Assembly: GCA_051294905.1 (NCBI GenBank) | Contig: CM119371.1 | Coordinates: 31,684,001 to 31,748,000, forward strand | Origin: Botryllus schlosseri | Taxonomy: Eukaryota | DNA: 64,000 bases | Direction of reading: 5' to 3' | Program-made: the position numbers and the translations under genes | Notes under the pieces: model-generated | The model's database searches: none | Told to the model about the DNA's origin: nothing | The model's input: the letters and a program-made list of their open reading frames with translations, nothing else | Shown here: piece by piece, positions 39,875 to 54,800 of the stretch | Numbering within the stretch: position 1 is the first letter of the stretch | Layout: the number at the start of each line of letters is the position of its first letter

Positions 39875-42800
39875 CTGCATATGAAATTTGAACACATATA
39901 TTTTCCGCAGTGTGTTATCTATTGCGAGTTTGGGAAAAGTGTACGTTACTATCTCGCACTGCTGATCACGACTTTAAAAATGATAAAATGAAGTGTTTGA
40001 AATGAGAAGATTTGTGGACGAATTCATTGCCGCCCATCTCTGCGATATATCTGTGAATTGGTGAGATGTGAGCTTATATCATGCGTTGAGATGATGTAAA
40101 TATATACCAATATGTTAGGATTTACTGAGAGATGCATCATCCGATTTTACTACCTCGCTTGGGCCGAGGTGAGGTTTAGGACAAACCATATCCATTTCCA
40201 TATGCGTCCTTATAGCTTATGGTATTGGAATATTATGAGTCGTATGAGATACTGATGTTTCGCAGTGATCAGCTGCAGACGGATTTATTCAATTCTCCTA
40301 CTTTTTGCTTGCTATGGTATTATGACAAAAATAGTTTCATGAATCTTACAATACTGCTAAAACTCCATAGGTTGGAGTCATTTTGTCGGTCGTTACATGA
40401 TACCACTAAAATATTACAAATTGCAAAAGTATGATATTTGACTTGCAGTGGAAACCGGAAATGTGAAGCATGTTAACACCTTATCATACGTCCCATCATC
40501 TTATTGATGTAAGCTACCTGTAACTGACTAATGACTAGGGTTGCATTCAAAATAAAAATCAATTTAAACCACACATATTTAGAACGATGCCCTTGTTTAA
40601 AACATATGTTTTTTGTATTTTTTTTTCAAGCTATGACGTCAGGAATATTAAATTATGACTTCATAGTAGATTGACATTGACAATAAAAAATATAGGGTAA
40701 ATATAGCTCATTTGACGAAATATCTACGTACTATAGCTATTGAACCGACTATTTTGAGGGTTCCAACCAACGCGTAGAGTATACGTCGGCTATATCGGGT
40801 AGTAATCGTCCGTGGACTCATACAACATGTTTTTTATAAAGCATTTACACAATTATGTCATAATTATAAAACGAAATAAAATCTTCTTTTTTCAAAGGCC
40901 TTTGTTTAAAACACCGTTTAAAACATGTTTCAGACAAAGTGTGTTAAACAACCATTTGTTTCAAATGCAACCCCACTGATGACCATGAAAATGTGTTTCC
41001 GGATGACTGCCAGCAGTGTCATGTCGAATATCTTCTGTTTCATTTATACATAGCCGACTTGCTTAAAAGTATTATCCTATAATAAATCATCTTATAGCTG
41101 GACTTCATAACTCACCATTGAAAGTCAAGAAACCCATGATACAAATCGGTATCCAACATAGAAAATCCGTTACGACGATTCTTGTCAGCTTACGTTGCAG
41201 TTTCCGGTTTGCTTCGTTATATTTCTCATCGCCAGCATGTGAATTCGCGCCGGTTAGATTCGCCGTGGCCTGTCTAGTGAAGAATAACTTCAAAAACTTC
41301 AAAATATGCGGTTGATCACAATTTCACCGATATTCTATTTCAAAAATGCAAAGTTAGCAAATACATTTCACTTAAAAGTAGATGACGGAGTTCCGACAAG
41401 TAGCTACTCACGTAAATTTGACAAAGTAGATTTAGTCGACCGGTGGTATTAATTTGGCAGTAGTTAATCAGAAGATGAGTTATTTTCAAAACGCAATATG
41501 TATACATTCATGGCTAACGTGGAACAACAAATACACAACAAATATACGGCCAATTTCCGAAAATCTAGTCAGCTACCCTGATTCGAGGGATCCTTCACCC
41601 AGTTGTCATGACAATTTCCCTTGAAAAATTTATGCATTTCCCATAAGTGCTAGTGATTTTGCAAAATCAAAAGTGTAACAAGTAAGTAGCTTTGCCTAAA
41701 ATACATGGAAAAGAAAGTAGTCTATATATACAACCAATTAAGTTATTATTACTACACATAGGTCAATACTACTTATACTCGACCATCTTTGATGTCACCA
41801 AGTCATCTTCTCAAAAATCCATGAGCAAAAGTGGGCTGCTGTAAACGTATAGATCTACTAACGATTTGATACACTCAAACTCTAACAGTAACATCAGATC
41901 AAATCAAGTTCTGAAAATCATGGAATCGGAAGTACCTGAACAGCAGCACATAGCAGATAGACATGTACAGAAAAGCCAGAAAATTGACAAGTAAGAGGAA
42001 GAATGAATATCTCCATGTCCTGTCTGTCGATGGATCGGGAAAAAACGTCGGCAGACAAACGCCGTGACTTGAATAGTAGCCAAATTCGTAAGTAACAGAT
42101 ATGTTCGGGTTCACGCCATGAATCATATTCTTCAATTGGCTCCATTCAGTAGACCTGCGTATTGTTTTTCGAAAACTTGATCCAAATGAATACTTTAATT
42201 CCCATTTGATGATATAGTCTACGTACCCATATCGTGACATGTGTGTGACGTTCATAATACTGAGCCAGTTCTTGGTGTACTGAATTTCATGATAATACAT
42301 GACTTTGAAGATTCGGTTTTCGTTGAACCTGATATAAATACAACGAATACAGTATACAACAAATCTAACACTGTAATCCGAGTCGTGATTGAAGTGCGAT
42401 ATTTCTAGACCAGTGATTTCCAGCCTCTGCTTTCTGAGCCGTATGCGGATCCACGATATCAATCTTGTTCCTCTCATTGACCCATAAAAATCCCCCCAAA
42501 ATAATTTGACATTTGTTGTTTTCTATCAATAATTCGCGTCAATTTATATATATCAAGGCTAAACTAACGGGCATTAGTTATATCTAAGCCGCTCAAGGCC
42601 GCTTACAACAAGCGGGAAGACGATTCCTACGGGCTCGCGTCAAACGGATTTATGAATTAGAGGTCGCCCTATATCATTTTTTTGCAGGTCGATACCGATA
42701 CCGATTATCGACACACTCACAAGGCCGATAACCGTTATCATTGGCCGATATCAATATGGAAGGAGCAAGGAACCATATATCGCTAAAGATATTACATATT

Positions 42801-45800
42801 AGGCAAGATGGCACTTGTAAATGCCACAGAAAGCTGAACAATAAACGAGAAAAAGAGTTATTGCTGAATTGTGCATATTTATTGAAATTTCGGATAACTC
42901 AAAAAGCTAAACGCGACATAGAATTGCAGATCAGTCCAGTAGATGTAGATGGTATTGCAGGAAGTATATTTTCTCTGCATTCCCGCCCAGTTAAACTCGT
43001 CCTGCAATGTAAATCTGACAGGTATCACCCTTTGCGTCTTCGATTTCTTGAGATTAACAACACGGAGCTTTGAATTTCCAATATTTAAAAAAAAAAATTT
43101 ATACATAATATATCGGCCAGGTCGATAATCGGTCGACCTCTAGTATGAATACCAGTCACATAACGGAATCTTGCGTTCAAATAGCAATAGACCTGATATA
43201 TTGTTTCTGTGATGAGCGCAGGTACTTGCCAATACAGTTTTACTAAGTGCCAACAATAAACTGCGTTAATTAGCCGGCTAATATTAATTAGTATTGACGA
43301 CTGTTGCTCGTTAATACAATACTTCCCTTCTATACCATGATATGTGTCATTCGTGGGTTCTTTCCGATTTTTTTTGTACTCATGTCGTAAAAACACCGCC
43401 GGCTTAGCGGAGGAGAAACCGACATAAACCTCTCACACTCCAAAGAGTAATAACGTCGACACTCCGATCGGAATCCCATCAAAAAACTACGTTAACTCCC
43501 TCGCCGAGTCATAAGTTTGATAGCACATGATAAAGAGGCTCCTGTTCGCTACTTACGCAACGCTGCTTACAAAGTAATCTTCAAGTTGTGGTATAAGCGG
43601 AATTGTGCCGAGTAATATCGATATCACCCATGCAAGCGAAATGGCAAACGTCGTGCCGGTAAGGTGTGGCCGGGATAATGGCCTGGCAAGAATATGAAAA
43701 CAACTAAATGATAACGTTACACACATAGGTAATTAAGTATAGGTGAAAGATACGCAGAAAATACATTTGGAAACTAGCGGAAGAGAAAAATGAATTTTTT
43801 CCCCTGGTACTCCAGTGAGTCGTTTAAAATAGTAGACGTGGTCGATGGGCCGCACACTTTTGGCAGGTTTCAAATTCTAAATTTGTAATATGTATCTTTT
43901 TGACCAACACAAACTCCTAATGAAAAATAGATGCAATCTTCTAATACAGTGGTTCTCAAACTGGGAGGCGCCACCCTTTGGGGAGTAAAGGCACTTGAAG
44001 AGGGGGGTAGTCGCCTCAAAGAAATTATGTTTCTTGAACTTGTAATAGGTGTATTTGTGCTGGAATTTCCGAGTACATTAAGAATTTAAATGTCATAATT
44101 GCGTCGTATCCTCCATACACCGTTGCTATATATTGACTGATGCCGCATCTTGCACTGATCAGAAGATATCTATCAATTAAGTGTAACTGGTGAATACGTG
44201 CAGCTGATATCTGACGCGGGGCCTACGTACGCCCCGGCTGATGCTTTTATAGCATGTGCACCAAGCATATATGCACAGTGAATGTAGAGGCACAAAGTTA
44301 CCGAGAAGAGAATTCATTATAAAATTATGTCATAATGCCTTTTGAATCTAATAAATAATGATTTAAATCGCAGTGACCAACAACGTCGAATAAACGACTC
44401 CGAGTATAGCCTACTCAATTACGACCGATTGTGTTAAATGTTACCCTTAATTAGCGTATTTTATGACAGCCCAAAAGTACTCGATTAAGTTATTCACTTG
44501 TTAGACACCTGCGAACCGAAAGGAAAAATTATTTGTCACGTGAGAAATTGACAAGTTCGAACGACGTGGACCCCGCACCATTACTTTTTATATATCTTAT
44601 GGTGAGGTACGAGCTAAGCTTAAGAAGGCCATAGAAGTAATTAGAAACGAGATAACTAAAATAGGTATGCTATGTGCTACTATTGCGCATGATTCTTTTT
44701 GCTCAAATAAAGTAAACTGGAAATTTTTTCGCGCTTCGCGTGATTTCCTTCCATCTTGTAAATATTGCTCTGCGGTGTCCGAATTCCGTATTTGAGAAGT
44801 CTCTCGACAGTCATTGACTTCCATGGCAACAGATCATGGAATATGATTGCAAACATTGCAGATGCTCTTTTCAAAAAAAGGTGCGCGACACTTTTCACTG
44901 TCATCAACGGGACATGTTTTAAAAAGTTTTTACAACCGCTATTCTAATATAAATTTGCTTGCCGAGATATAGGAGATATTTCACGTGTATTTTATGGAGA
45001 TTTCACTCTTGATAGTGATGAAAAGTCTTATAAATTTAAATTATAAAATATGAGCATTTTGCTAATAAAAGTATTCAAGTAGGAGTGGAAGGGATTGAGA
45101 GGCTATGATACGCAAGTCATTATCTGAACCCTTGCTAAGCTAACAACTACTCATCTGTCTGAATATATAAATCAATAGTAAGACTGTGAATAGTAAGATA
45201 TCTTGAAAGAGGTGAATAGTTACCTATGTAGGACAGCAGAGCCAGTGCTTACAAGTGACTTATATATTTTGCATGTTACGAGTTCGTCTTCTTATCGAAC
45301 CCATCCATTTATTCCAATATAATTTAGTTACTATGGATTCGCTCGAATAAAAGAATTACCTCATCGCAGAGTGTAGTCTCTGGGTTGCAATGATTGCCAT
45401 CGTGAACACCGACTGCTCGGAACCAATAACCATGATTGCGCCCAACGCAGCACAAGTGCTGCTACTCCGCCATTCACGGTCGACATGACAGTAGTCCGTA
45501 TCATTTCGAGAAGCCTTTATGCATATCGAAAATGCGTATACCTGCAAGTCGTAAAGTTGCTTGCGTATATCTAGAAGCTGAGGAAATTCATGTCTAACTC
45601 ACGCCTACGATCATATCAGAAAATGATAGGCTTAATATCAGCCTGCGTATAATCTTGTTGCGCGTCGAAGTGCTCGTCACGTGATTAGACAATAAAGGTT
45701 TGATCATCGTCCGTAGGGTTATAGCAATTACACCTGTACAGCCGATGATTGCCGCCAAACCTGGAATAAATGAAAAGAAATTGGCAATGGCACAAGCATG

Positions 45801-48800
45801 GCACGAAACGTGAAGCTATATACTCAACGATTGAAAAAACGTACGACGTGAATGCATTATTGCAGATGTAAGTGTTAATTTACGGAGCAATCAAGTCTCA
45901 AAGCCGATGACAAAACAATGGATCGCTGTTCGGAAGAGAAAAAATTGATCACTCATTTTTCGGTTTAGAATATTCGGCTTTGAGTAAGCGGAAAATATAC
46001 TAAGCATAAAACTGAACTCGTTAGCTGCTAAATAACACCAAATCATTCGATTTACTTATTATCCAGCTTATCGCGAGGATAGCCTCGCTGGCGATCAGTG
46101 ACTTTTCATCGGAGAACGCGCTTTTAACACAGCCTGCCTGGCACTCGTCAACTCCCGACTTGCAATCTTTAATTCCGTCGCATACCTGCAATGGTGATGT
46201 GCAGTGGTGGGTGGGTGGTAGGTGGGGCCATATTTTGCAGAATTGACCTTTACTTTTCAAATTCTCACCGAGACCCCACCAGGACTTAAATCTGGGCCGT
46301 TCCAGTTTAAAAGTGGGCGGAGAATAGCCCTCTACCGATTCCACTCTTGATCGACACCCCATGACATGTCTGAGGTTTTTTAATGAGTTTAAATAAACAA
46401 ACTTTTTCTCCACAAAAATCTCTCTCTATCTCTCAATTTTCAAGGCTGACCTTCAGTATGGCGTCAGAGAGAGGAATATGATGCTTCAGTGCGTAGCCAC
46501 TGTTGCCTGGTTTCAAACAAGCCGCCAAACATGGTTATAGACCGCGCGGCTCGTCAGATATCGAAAAATGGAAAATACATTTAAAATATACAAATGGGCG
46601 TGGTCAGTGAGTGGTCATTGAACTCAAGTTCATGATCAAGATTCAATCAGCCCCTGCAGTCCGGTCTATGGCATAAAACAACGCGATATGTTTTCTCTGG
46701 TCATATCCAACCATTTGCAGGCATAGTAAACCTGTTTATGACTCATATGCCGAATGAATTTGCACTTGAACTTGACCTAGATTTTAAAATCACTGAAGCG
46801 TGATCAAAATTACCGAATCCCCCTCCGAAAACTCTCCAGAACACGTTTTGATGTTTGAAACGGTGAAAATTTACACAGAACACCCTCATGTCGACTTCTG
46901 ATGTTCTGACAGATTTTCCGACAATATTTCCCACTCGGAAAATATCTGGAAATTTTAGGTGATAACCATATTTTCAGTTATTTTTTATTTATTTTTACAA
47001 ACCGCAATTTTTGAGTACGGTTCCAAATGCATCGGAAAAGTCTCAGCTTTTCAAAAAACGTACTGACCGATGTCTAGGGCGGGGCGTGTCAACATGGAGA
47101 AATCGGTGTCGGAGACATGCCATATCATATATGATACACCCATCTCGTAAGAATTAAGTAAGAAAGAGAGTAAAAGAGAAATATAATATATTAGTTTGCA
47201 TATTCATTCAAAATGCCTTCGACGTTACATGCACCATTTTATGATTGTACACTTGAGAGCAATTTCGCAAAGTTCTTAATTCATAACGTCTTACCGCATT
47301 CTGAGAAATATATTGCAAAATTCCATCATCTTTGCAACTAAAATGCGGACAGTCAGCCTCGTCAGTTCCACTATCGCAGTCCTTAATTAAGATTGACATA
47401 TAAAATGTAAGCATACGATTTGCGGATAGTTTAAAGTCAAAATTCATACGGCCTGCATGTCACATTTTTTCTCAATCGCAATGTTCGGCAAGGGTTGATC
47501 AGAGCAGTAAAACCTGTAAGAATTGTTCGATAAATAGCCTTCCTAGGGTAACCTTTTTTTAGCGGAAACACAAACCTGCCGTTAATGAGTTATGTTGCTT
47601 AATTCATTTTACAAAGTTTTTCTTGGAAAATAGGTATCGTTTCCATAAATTTAGCGCAATGCCGTTGATATAGAATATAGATCGATGATTTGTCATGCTA
47701 TTTCAAACTATAGCAACGTTAATTGCAATATCTATCAGCGGTCTGACTCATATGTGATCTAATTAGGGGCATAAATTCCAAAGTGCTGAAAGTGTTGTCA
47801 CTCAAACGGGCCCGACGTTACGCCTGCTGAGATACATTGAGTAGCTGTTAGCATGAGTTACCTTGATTTACAACCGAGTTCGTCCGCATATTGTTCGCAT
47901 TGACTCATGCCATCGCATACTTCGTCGAGAGTAACATCTATCGGTGATCCCGTTTCGAAGTGTCGACACCTTGAAATGAATACGGCCATGTTGGTTATTC
48001 TCCATCTCAATCATTTATGTCTACTTCATTGGTTATCGAGCCACCGTGCAACGAGTACCTTCGAGGTATATAGTAAGAATCAGTTGGTCAAACTGGCTAT
48101 ATCCTATGAATTTAGAAATTTATCATTGGTCTGAAGACAGTACGAGAATTTCTATCCGAATTAATAACGCCTTGGAAATTTTCAGCGCCGTTTCAAGCGA
48201 TAACTCAACAAGGTTGTTTGTTTTGGGGTATTCATGGAGTTTGTCGACTACTATGGTCATTTACACCAGGCCGATATTCTTCTTATTTTCCGTAACTGCC
48301 GACTTATAGCACGGCCCACCTCTAGGCTTTTGTAAGACACCACTGACGCGGATGAGGTGGCGAGGAGGAGCCTAGGTAAACCTCCGACACTTAGGTATCG
48401 GAATTCTGAAGTCGACCTCGGTTGGACTCGAACCCGCACCCATTGGTGTTGCAGCCGCGGATTATACCACTGCCAATTAACTCGGCAAAGTCGAAGCTGG
48501 TATTTATGGCGGTAGACGCTTGGTTAATGTACGGTACAGCAATTACATTGTCTTCCATTATTGGAAATTTCTAGTAGGACGTGCGGCTCCCATGCATTTT
48601 CCCTTCACCAGATTTCGTGAACCAAGCGTAAATGGTAGGCCTACATTAAATTACATTTTCCCGATGTTTGTGGAATCAAGGTCCCGATAAATAAGGCCTA
48701 TACTTGGAAATTATACATTGAATACCCCTATTATTGATGCTGCGGCCCGCGGCGTCATCATAAACTGGGGAATTGGCCAACGAATATATTTAGGTTTGAG

Positions 48801-51800
48801 ATCCCTGCCTTAAATACTCCAGAAAAGTACTAGAATCTCATTACCAATGACATCTGTATGTAATAGAGGGATGATGATATATCTAGCTTGATAAGGGGGT
48901 GAGAAGTCAAACACATTCTGGGAGTCACCTTCTCAAACCTAGGAACTATGGTCGAGACAGATCGAGATTAGATTAATGGTGAGGTCGCAGATGAGTGCGA
49001 AACGGGTCTTTCCCGTACCGACTCCAAGTGAACCCCTATGAATGTTACAGGCTCATTGCAGATGCAATACCTGAATTCACAGTTGGGCGTTAAGCCTAAT
49101 TGCCTTCCAAATCTGGAGTTAGAATGAGAATTCAAGTTTTGCAATAGCCTGCAACTAGAATAATATTATTGAATATACACTGTATGACATGAGGGAGTAA
49201 TTTCTAATATTGTCGGATTCAAACGTGACGACAAGTACGTTTCAACTTACTTTGGTCTGTGATCTTGATAGTGAAGATAATCTGTAAAATCATAGTCGTA
49301 CACGACGATATGGTCACAAAAACCCGGTTCCGTCTCGCAATTGCATTCTTCGTCCATGAAATCGTTGCATTCTGGTATACCGTCGCACGCTGTGCCATCT
49401 GATTTCGAGGCAAAATACGGGTACACGAATTCATGAAGTTGAGTTAGAAATGTACCGTAGTTCGGTAGATAGAAAGAGATTGAAAAATATGTAACTCACT
49501 TCGTCATGAGCACGACGTTATCGAATATTGATTTTGCGGGGGTTGGGAACAATTCCAGAGTGCTTAGAATCAATAACAAGTAATCTTACTCGGCACTGCA
49601 TCGTCGCGAAATGGCTATACCTTACACATACGATGGATATTTAACTATTGAACTCACACTTCCCAGGAGGTTCGTAGCATTTATAATCCAGTACTCTGTC
49701 GCTTGGAGACATTCTTTGTCTTGATTCTGAAATTCGCAATGTATTGCAAAATTATCTAGGAAAATGTCATCATATGCACCCTGCCTTTCTGGGCAGAGTT
49801 CATCGGTAGACTAACGTGGGTCACTTTAATTTTGATGGAGTGTGGATTTAAACAGGCTGACATCGTAACGATAATGCTCCCCATCGGAAAAATGCCACAA
49901 ATTTGGAACCCGATGACTAAATAACACGGTGTTGCGGCTTCAATTCTACATGTGCGTGATAATGGATAGTATTTAGTGATAAATATGAATAGCATTATGT
50001 TATAGCAGTGCCGGTCAAAGTAGCCAGCGTTCCTACTCAAGTAGAAGTAAAGGTAACGCCTACTAATTATCAGCAGAAGTAGCGGTTTCGACGTCTTTGC
50101 AAAACTACAACAAATGAAAATAGAGAAAGGAAGGCTGAAATTTAATCCGTCACTGGTACTGGCTTCTTCCCAAATTCAGAGATTTATCATCGGGACTCTC
50201 AGAAGTCGACTAATGACAGTATCCAGTTCCTGTGATACAATGACTATTCCATGTGGATTTTATGACAAATTCACTCTCAAAAGAGACGCAAACTTACCCC
50301 TTGACCACTTTCAGCTTTCAAAGATTCAAAGTGCAATAGTTGAAAAGTTTTTCCAAAATATCTGTTCGATTAGAAGTAGACGTATAGTCTAAAACAGGGC
50401 TGGCCAACCTTTTCAGCCAAAGGGCCACATTCGATTGACGAACTATTGCGCGGGCCACTAGCCGCGCGAATCGCGAAAAATTTTCGAAGTTCATAATTCA
50501 ATAATATTGTTACTTGACTATATTGCGGGCCTGTTGTATATCGCTGGGCTCAGTTTGTGAGGACTGGGCTATTCGGCGCATGGACATAGCGATATCGAAA
50601 GCTGCGACCAAAATGCGTCAATCATTTCGTGCCTAGGTTTCATAGTCGGCGGTCTGACTGCGAGCGCAAACGCAATGTCGCATGGGCTATGTTGAACGAC
50701 ACTTTGTCTCGTAATCGCGAATATAGCTAGACTCAATCTGATACATTAGGTATTTTTCCATTTTCACAAATGAGCAACAATATTAAAAGCAAGAAATCGA
50801 GTGACAAGATGTTGCACCAAGCTTGTAGAAAAATTTTACCTTTGATAAATCTATCGCAAATTATTCTGCTTTATTGTGGTGTACGAAGATATACCAATAA
50901 GTGAATGGCTGATGGATCTGTCAATGCGTCGGAACTGAAATTTTAGTCATCACATCTCAAGTGTTGCGACCAGACTAATCAAATTTTTTGTTCGCCTTGC
51001 AAGTTCACAATCTGTGCATGCAATCCATTTTTGATGATATTAGAAATTGCGGAAATGACCTCGCGGGCCACTCAAAACCTTCTCGCGGGCCACGGGTTGG
51101 CCGGCCCTGGTCTAAAACAACAAGGGTTGTAATGACTCGAGTCCAACTGGAATAAATTTTTCTAATAACTTTACTTGTACTCGAGTCATTGTGCATGACT
51201 TGAACCAAGTCATATGACCCGAGACTGGGACGGCCAAGACAGGCATTTCATTGTAACTTCGAAGCATAGTAAAGTTACCACGTTGTTGGTATTTCGTCTA
51301 TCAGTCAAACTTGAAAAATAACGCCATAAACTGTTAAGACCGGGGAAAATTACTATATCACTCGAGCAGTGTTGAAAATTTTGGTTCCACGGGATTGAAC
51401 TGAAGACTGAATAGTGAGCATAATGACTTGGACTCGGACTCGAGTCAAAACACTTTGACTCGGACTCGACCCTCTACTACAGGGATATCAAACATGCGGC
51501 TCGCCAGACGATTTCATCCGGCACGCGAAGCAATTCTGAGTATTCCTTAAGGAAATGCCTGTATCATCCAGCACATCTCTAACAATTATTGAGAAATGCA
51601 CAGGGTTGTAACCAAGTCACAAGGCACCGAGTCACAAGTCAATCTCAGTTTTATAGTTTTGACTCGAGTCAAGTCGAGTCATTTTCAATTCACCACCGAG
51701 TCAAGTCCGAGTCCAAGTCAGCGAAAAGAGGGTCGAGTCCGAGTGACGGCATTATGACTCGAGTCGAGTCTGAGTCATTATGTTGACTGCTCAGTTTGCT

Positions 51801-54800
51801 GGTAATGTCTTGTTAAACCCACTTTTTATAACTCTGTTTGGTAATATAGAATGGTGGTTCGCATTTATAATATACTACTTTTCATCACTTTTAGCAGTTT
51901 CTGGTCGCATTTTCAGGGACCAGTACCAATAGATGAAATCCCATTAGTGGGATTACTTTACTATTCTTCGAAATTTCAATCAGATGTTGGTCTTGGCCGC
52001 CTGCGTCTCGAGTCATGCGCAATGACTCGAGTCCAAGTCGAGTCAAGACACAGATTGACTCGAGTCGATTCATTTCCATATTATCCGAAAACGACTCGAG
52101 TCAAGTCGAGTCAAGTCGCGTCCGACTCGAGTCACGACTCGAGTCATTACGACCCTGGAAATACACCTATTAAAAATTATCTCAAGGCAGAAAATGCTGT
52201 GTGTGTTCAATTGTTCATTTTAATATGCCTCGTTATAACCATCAGGCAGCGGTGTTCAGATGTCTTTCTGTTCACCATTAGGAACGAGTCGCTGACATTG
52301 ACACACAATCCTGGAAGGTCCAAAAGTGAACACTGATGTCAGATTTTTATGGAGAAAATGACCAAAACGTAGTTATTCACAGACGCAAAAACACCAGAGG
52401 TGGTCAAAGTAGTCAAGAAAGCTACTCAAGTAGAAGTAGAAGTAGCGAAGAAAAAATCTACTCAAGTATGAGTAGAAGTACTTCTTCCATAAGCAACCTA
52501 AAACTACTTGAAGTAGAAGTAGAATTTACTGACTTTAAAAGTACTCAAGTAAGTAAGTAGTTGTGAAAACGATCCTAATTCGTTCATATGGATTGTAAAA
52601 AGGTGCAAATTGAGCTATGCGAAAGGTGACGAGCTTGATTCATATTGATCCATACCAGCAGGTATCCAATTCTCGATAGCATAAGCATTCGTCCACATCA
52701 TAGGATGAAAATGATAGTATTATTATGGAAATGTGATACTTATCCTGTTTTCTCGAACAGCACGTTTTAGAAAATAGCATGTTATGGCGCCATCCCCCAT
52801 ATTATAAGGTCCGTAGTTTAGTCGAAGAGCAATACGGAGAAATTGTATAGGATACGGCGTAAACACTTTGCACGTTTAGTAAACGTTAATAAAAAAATGG
52901 GAGACCGTAAAAATGCCATATTGTGTAGCTTTATTTCCGGAAATTAGAGGCATTACTACACTTGCTTTTATACTTCAACATGTATTTTATCCAGACAAAA
53001 GAACTGATATTAATTATAACTCAAAATATATGATACTGGGGATTGAAAATAAAACATAAATACTACTTGTAAAAGCAGAACACATTTTTCATGCCTTCAG
53101 TCCAGAAAATTTCAAAGGCGGTATGCTAAAACAGAACTAAAACTAACAAAAAAGTCAGAGTCCACTTTTCCAGGTTAGGACGTACCATGGACCTGCTAGA
53201 GTACGATATGACAAGTAAATGACAGATTGCGAAACATCAGTTTCAAACAATATGATGAGCCATATATGTGATGAATTATTTCATATGGACGAAGGGCGAC
53301 AATGTGTCGTGAACGCAGGGATATCTAGTTCTAGATATCCCTGCGTGAACGGAATCACGCCAACCCGCTACCTAAATTATATTCATCGATACTTTCGTAA
53401 AATCATACTGGTAACTCCGTATTCACTGCGGGCGAAGCGCGAAGAAAATTCTGAGCTTTACTCTACTTTTATGAAAATTAAATGTTGATGCTCCGTGAAA
53501 ACAGTACCTGATTGGAGGATTGAACTACTTCTACTTGACAAACTGAAAATAGCGAAAAGTAAGTAAGTAGATCACAAAATATTACGAAGTAGAAGTAGCG
53601 GAAATCAGATCTACTTGAGTAAGTACCAGAAGTAGAGGAAAACTACTTGAGTACTTCGAAAAAGTAGAAGTACTTCGTTACTGACCACCTCTGGAAAACA
53701 CCAATTCGAAACCGTTATATGCAGGTTACATCGGGGATGTAATAGTTACACAAAGATGGACTTCAAATATCTGTGGCCGCATATCACATCTGACTTCTGA
53801 CAAAGATTCGTGGTCTCCCGAGAAACCCGAATCTCAAATAAATAATACGCCCGCCTTTCCAGTTACGTCTTTTGCATTGCTGTCAACGCATACGCAGGAC
53901 TGCCGCCCGAGAAAGACTGAAACAAGAGAAGTATAAACATATTCCAGCTTATATCGTCGTTAGAGCCAAGTTTTTGCTGATTATAAACGGTCAATCTTCG
54001 TATTACTTCCGATTCCATTGTTTGGTAATAAAGTTGTTGCGTAATTTAATGTAGTTATCTATACCATTCTATAAATTAGGTATTTTTAATAAAGTATACA
54101 CGTGAAAAACAATGGCATTGACTTTGAAGTCACGCCTTGGAATCACTTGACTGGTGGACGCCAGTTGAGTTTGACATCCCTGCTCTACGAGCTGACTTGG
54201 ATTCGGACTGGACTCGGTGATGAATTGAAAATGATTCGACTTCATTTGAGTCAAAACTATAAAAGTGAGATTGACTTGTCGCTCGGAACCATGAGACTTG
54301 GTTAGAGCCCTGCGCCAAGGATATAAAATTAAATCGCGACTGCGCCCGAGCGATCTGTTATTATGTATGTAGTATTTGCTGAATTTCTTGTAACAAGAGA
54401 GTTTCTTCACGCTTCGCGCGATCTCCTCTGGGTAGTTTGTGAGTGTCCAAAGTCATTGTGTTTGGTACTAAGTTCTATAAGCGAGGCACGTATTACGCAA
54501 ATTGGTCGGACCAGTTAATCTCGATTGCTCCTCAATTTTAAATTGCAAGCGTCACACATGCGTCGTAGCGCTTGTTGTCTGCGTATTTCATATTTTACCG
54601 TAAAAACGTACTAAACTAACATTATAAATGCATTATTAAATAAGTCGCGAGATTCCAACAAAACTCAGAGTTTGGTCGCAGTGTGAAAAGATTAAAAACC
54701 TAGGTTCTAAAATATTACCCAGTATGCACAACTTACGCGAGTACTCCAAAGAATTAGATCTTACAACAGTGGAGTAGTAGTAACAATACAGTAGTAGCAG

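Noticed and set aside
53845..53917. Phase-1 candidate exon VFLGRQSCVCVDSNAKD
   Set aside because: Available donors are phase 0 and do not fit the next exon; not needed for an open frame. Cannot be supported without RNA data.
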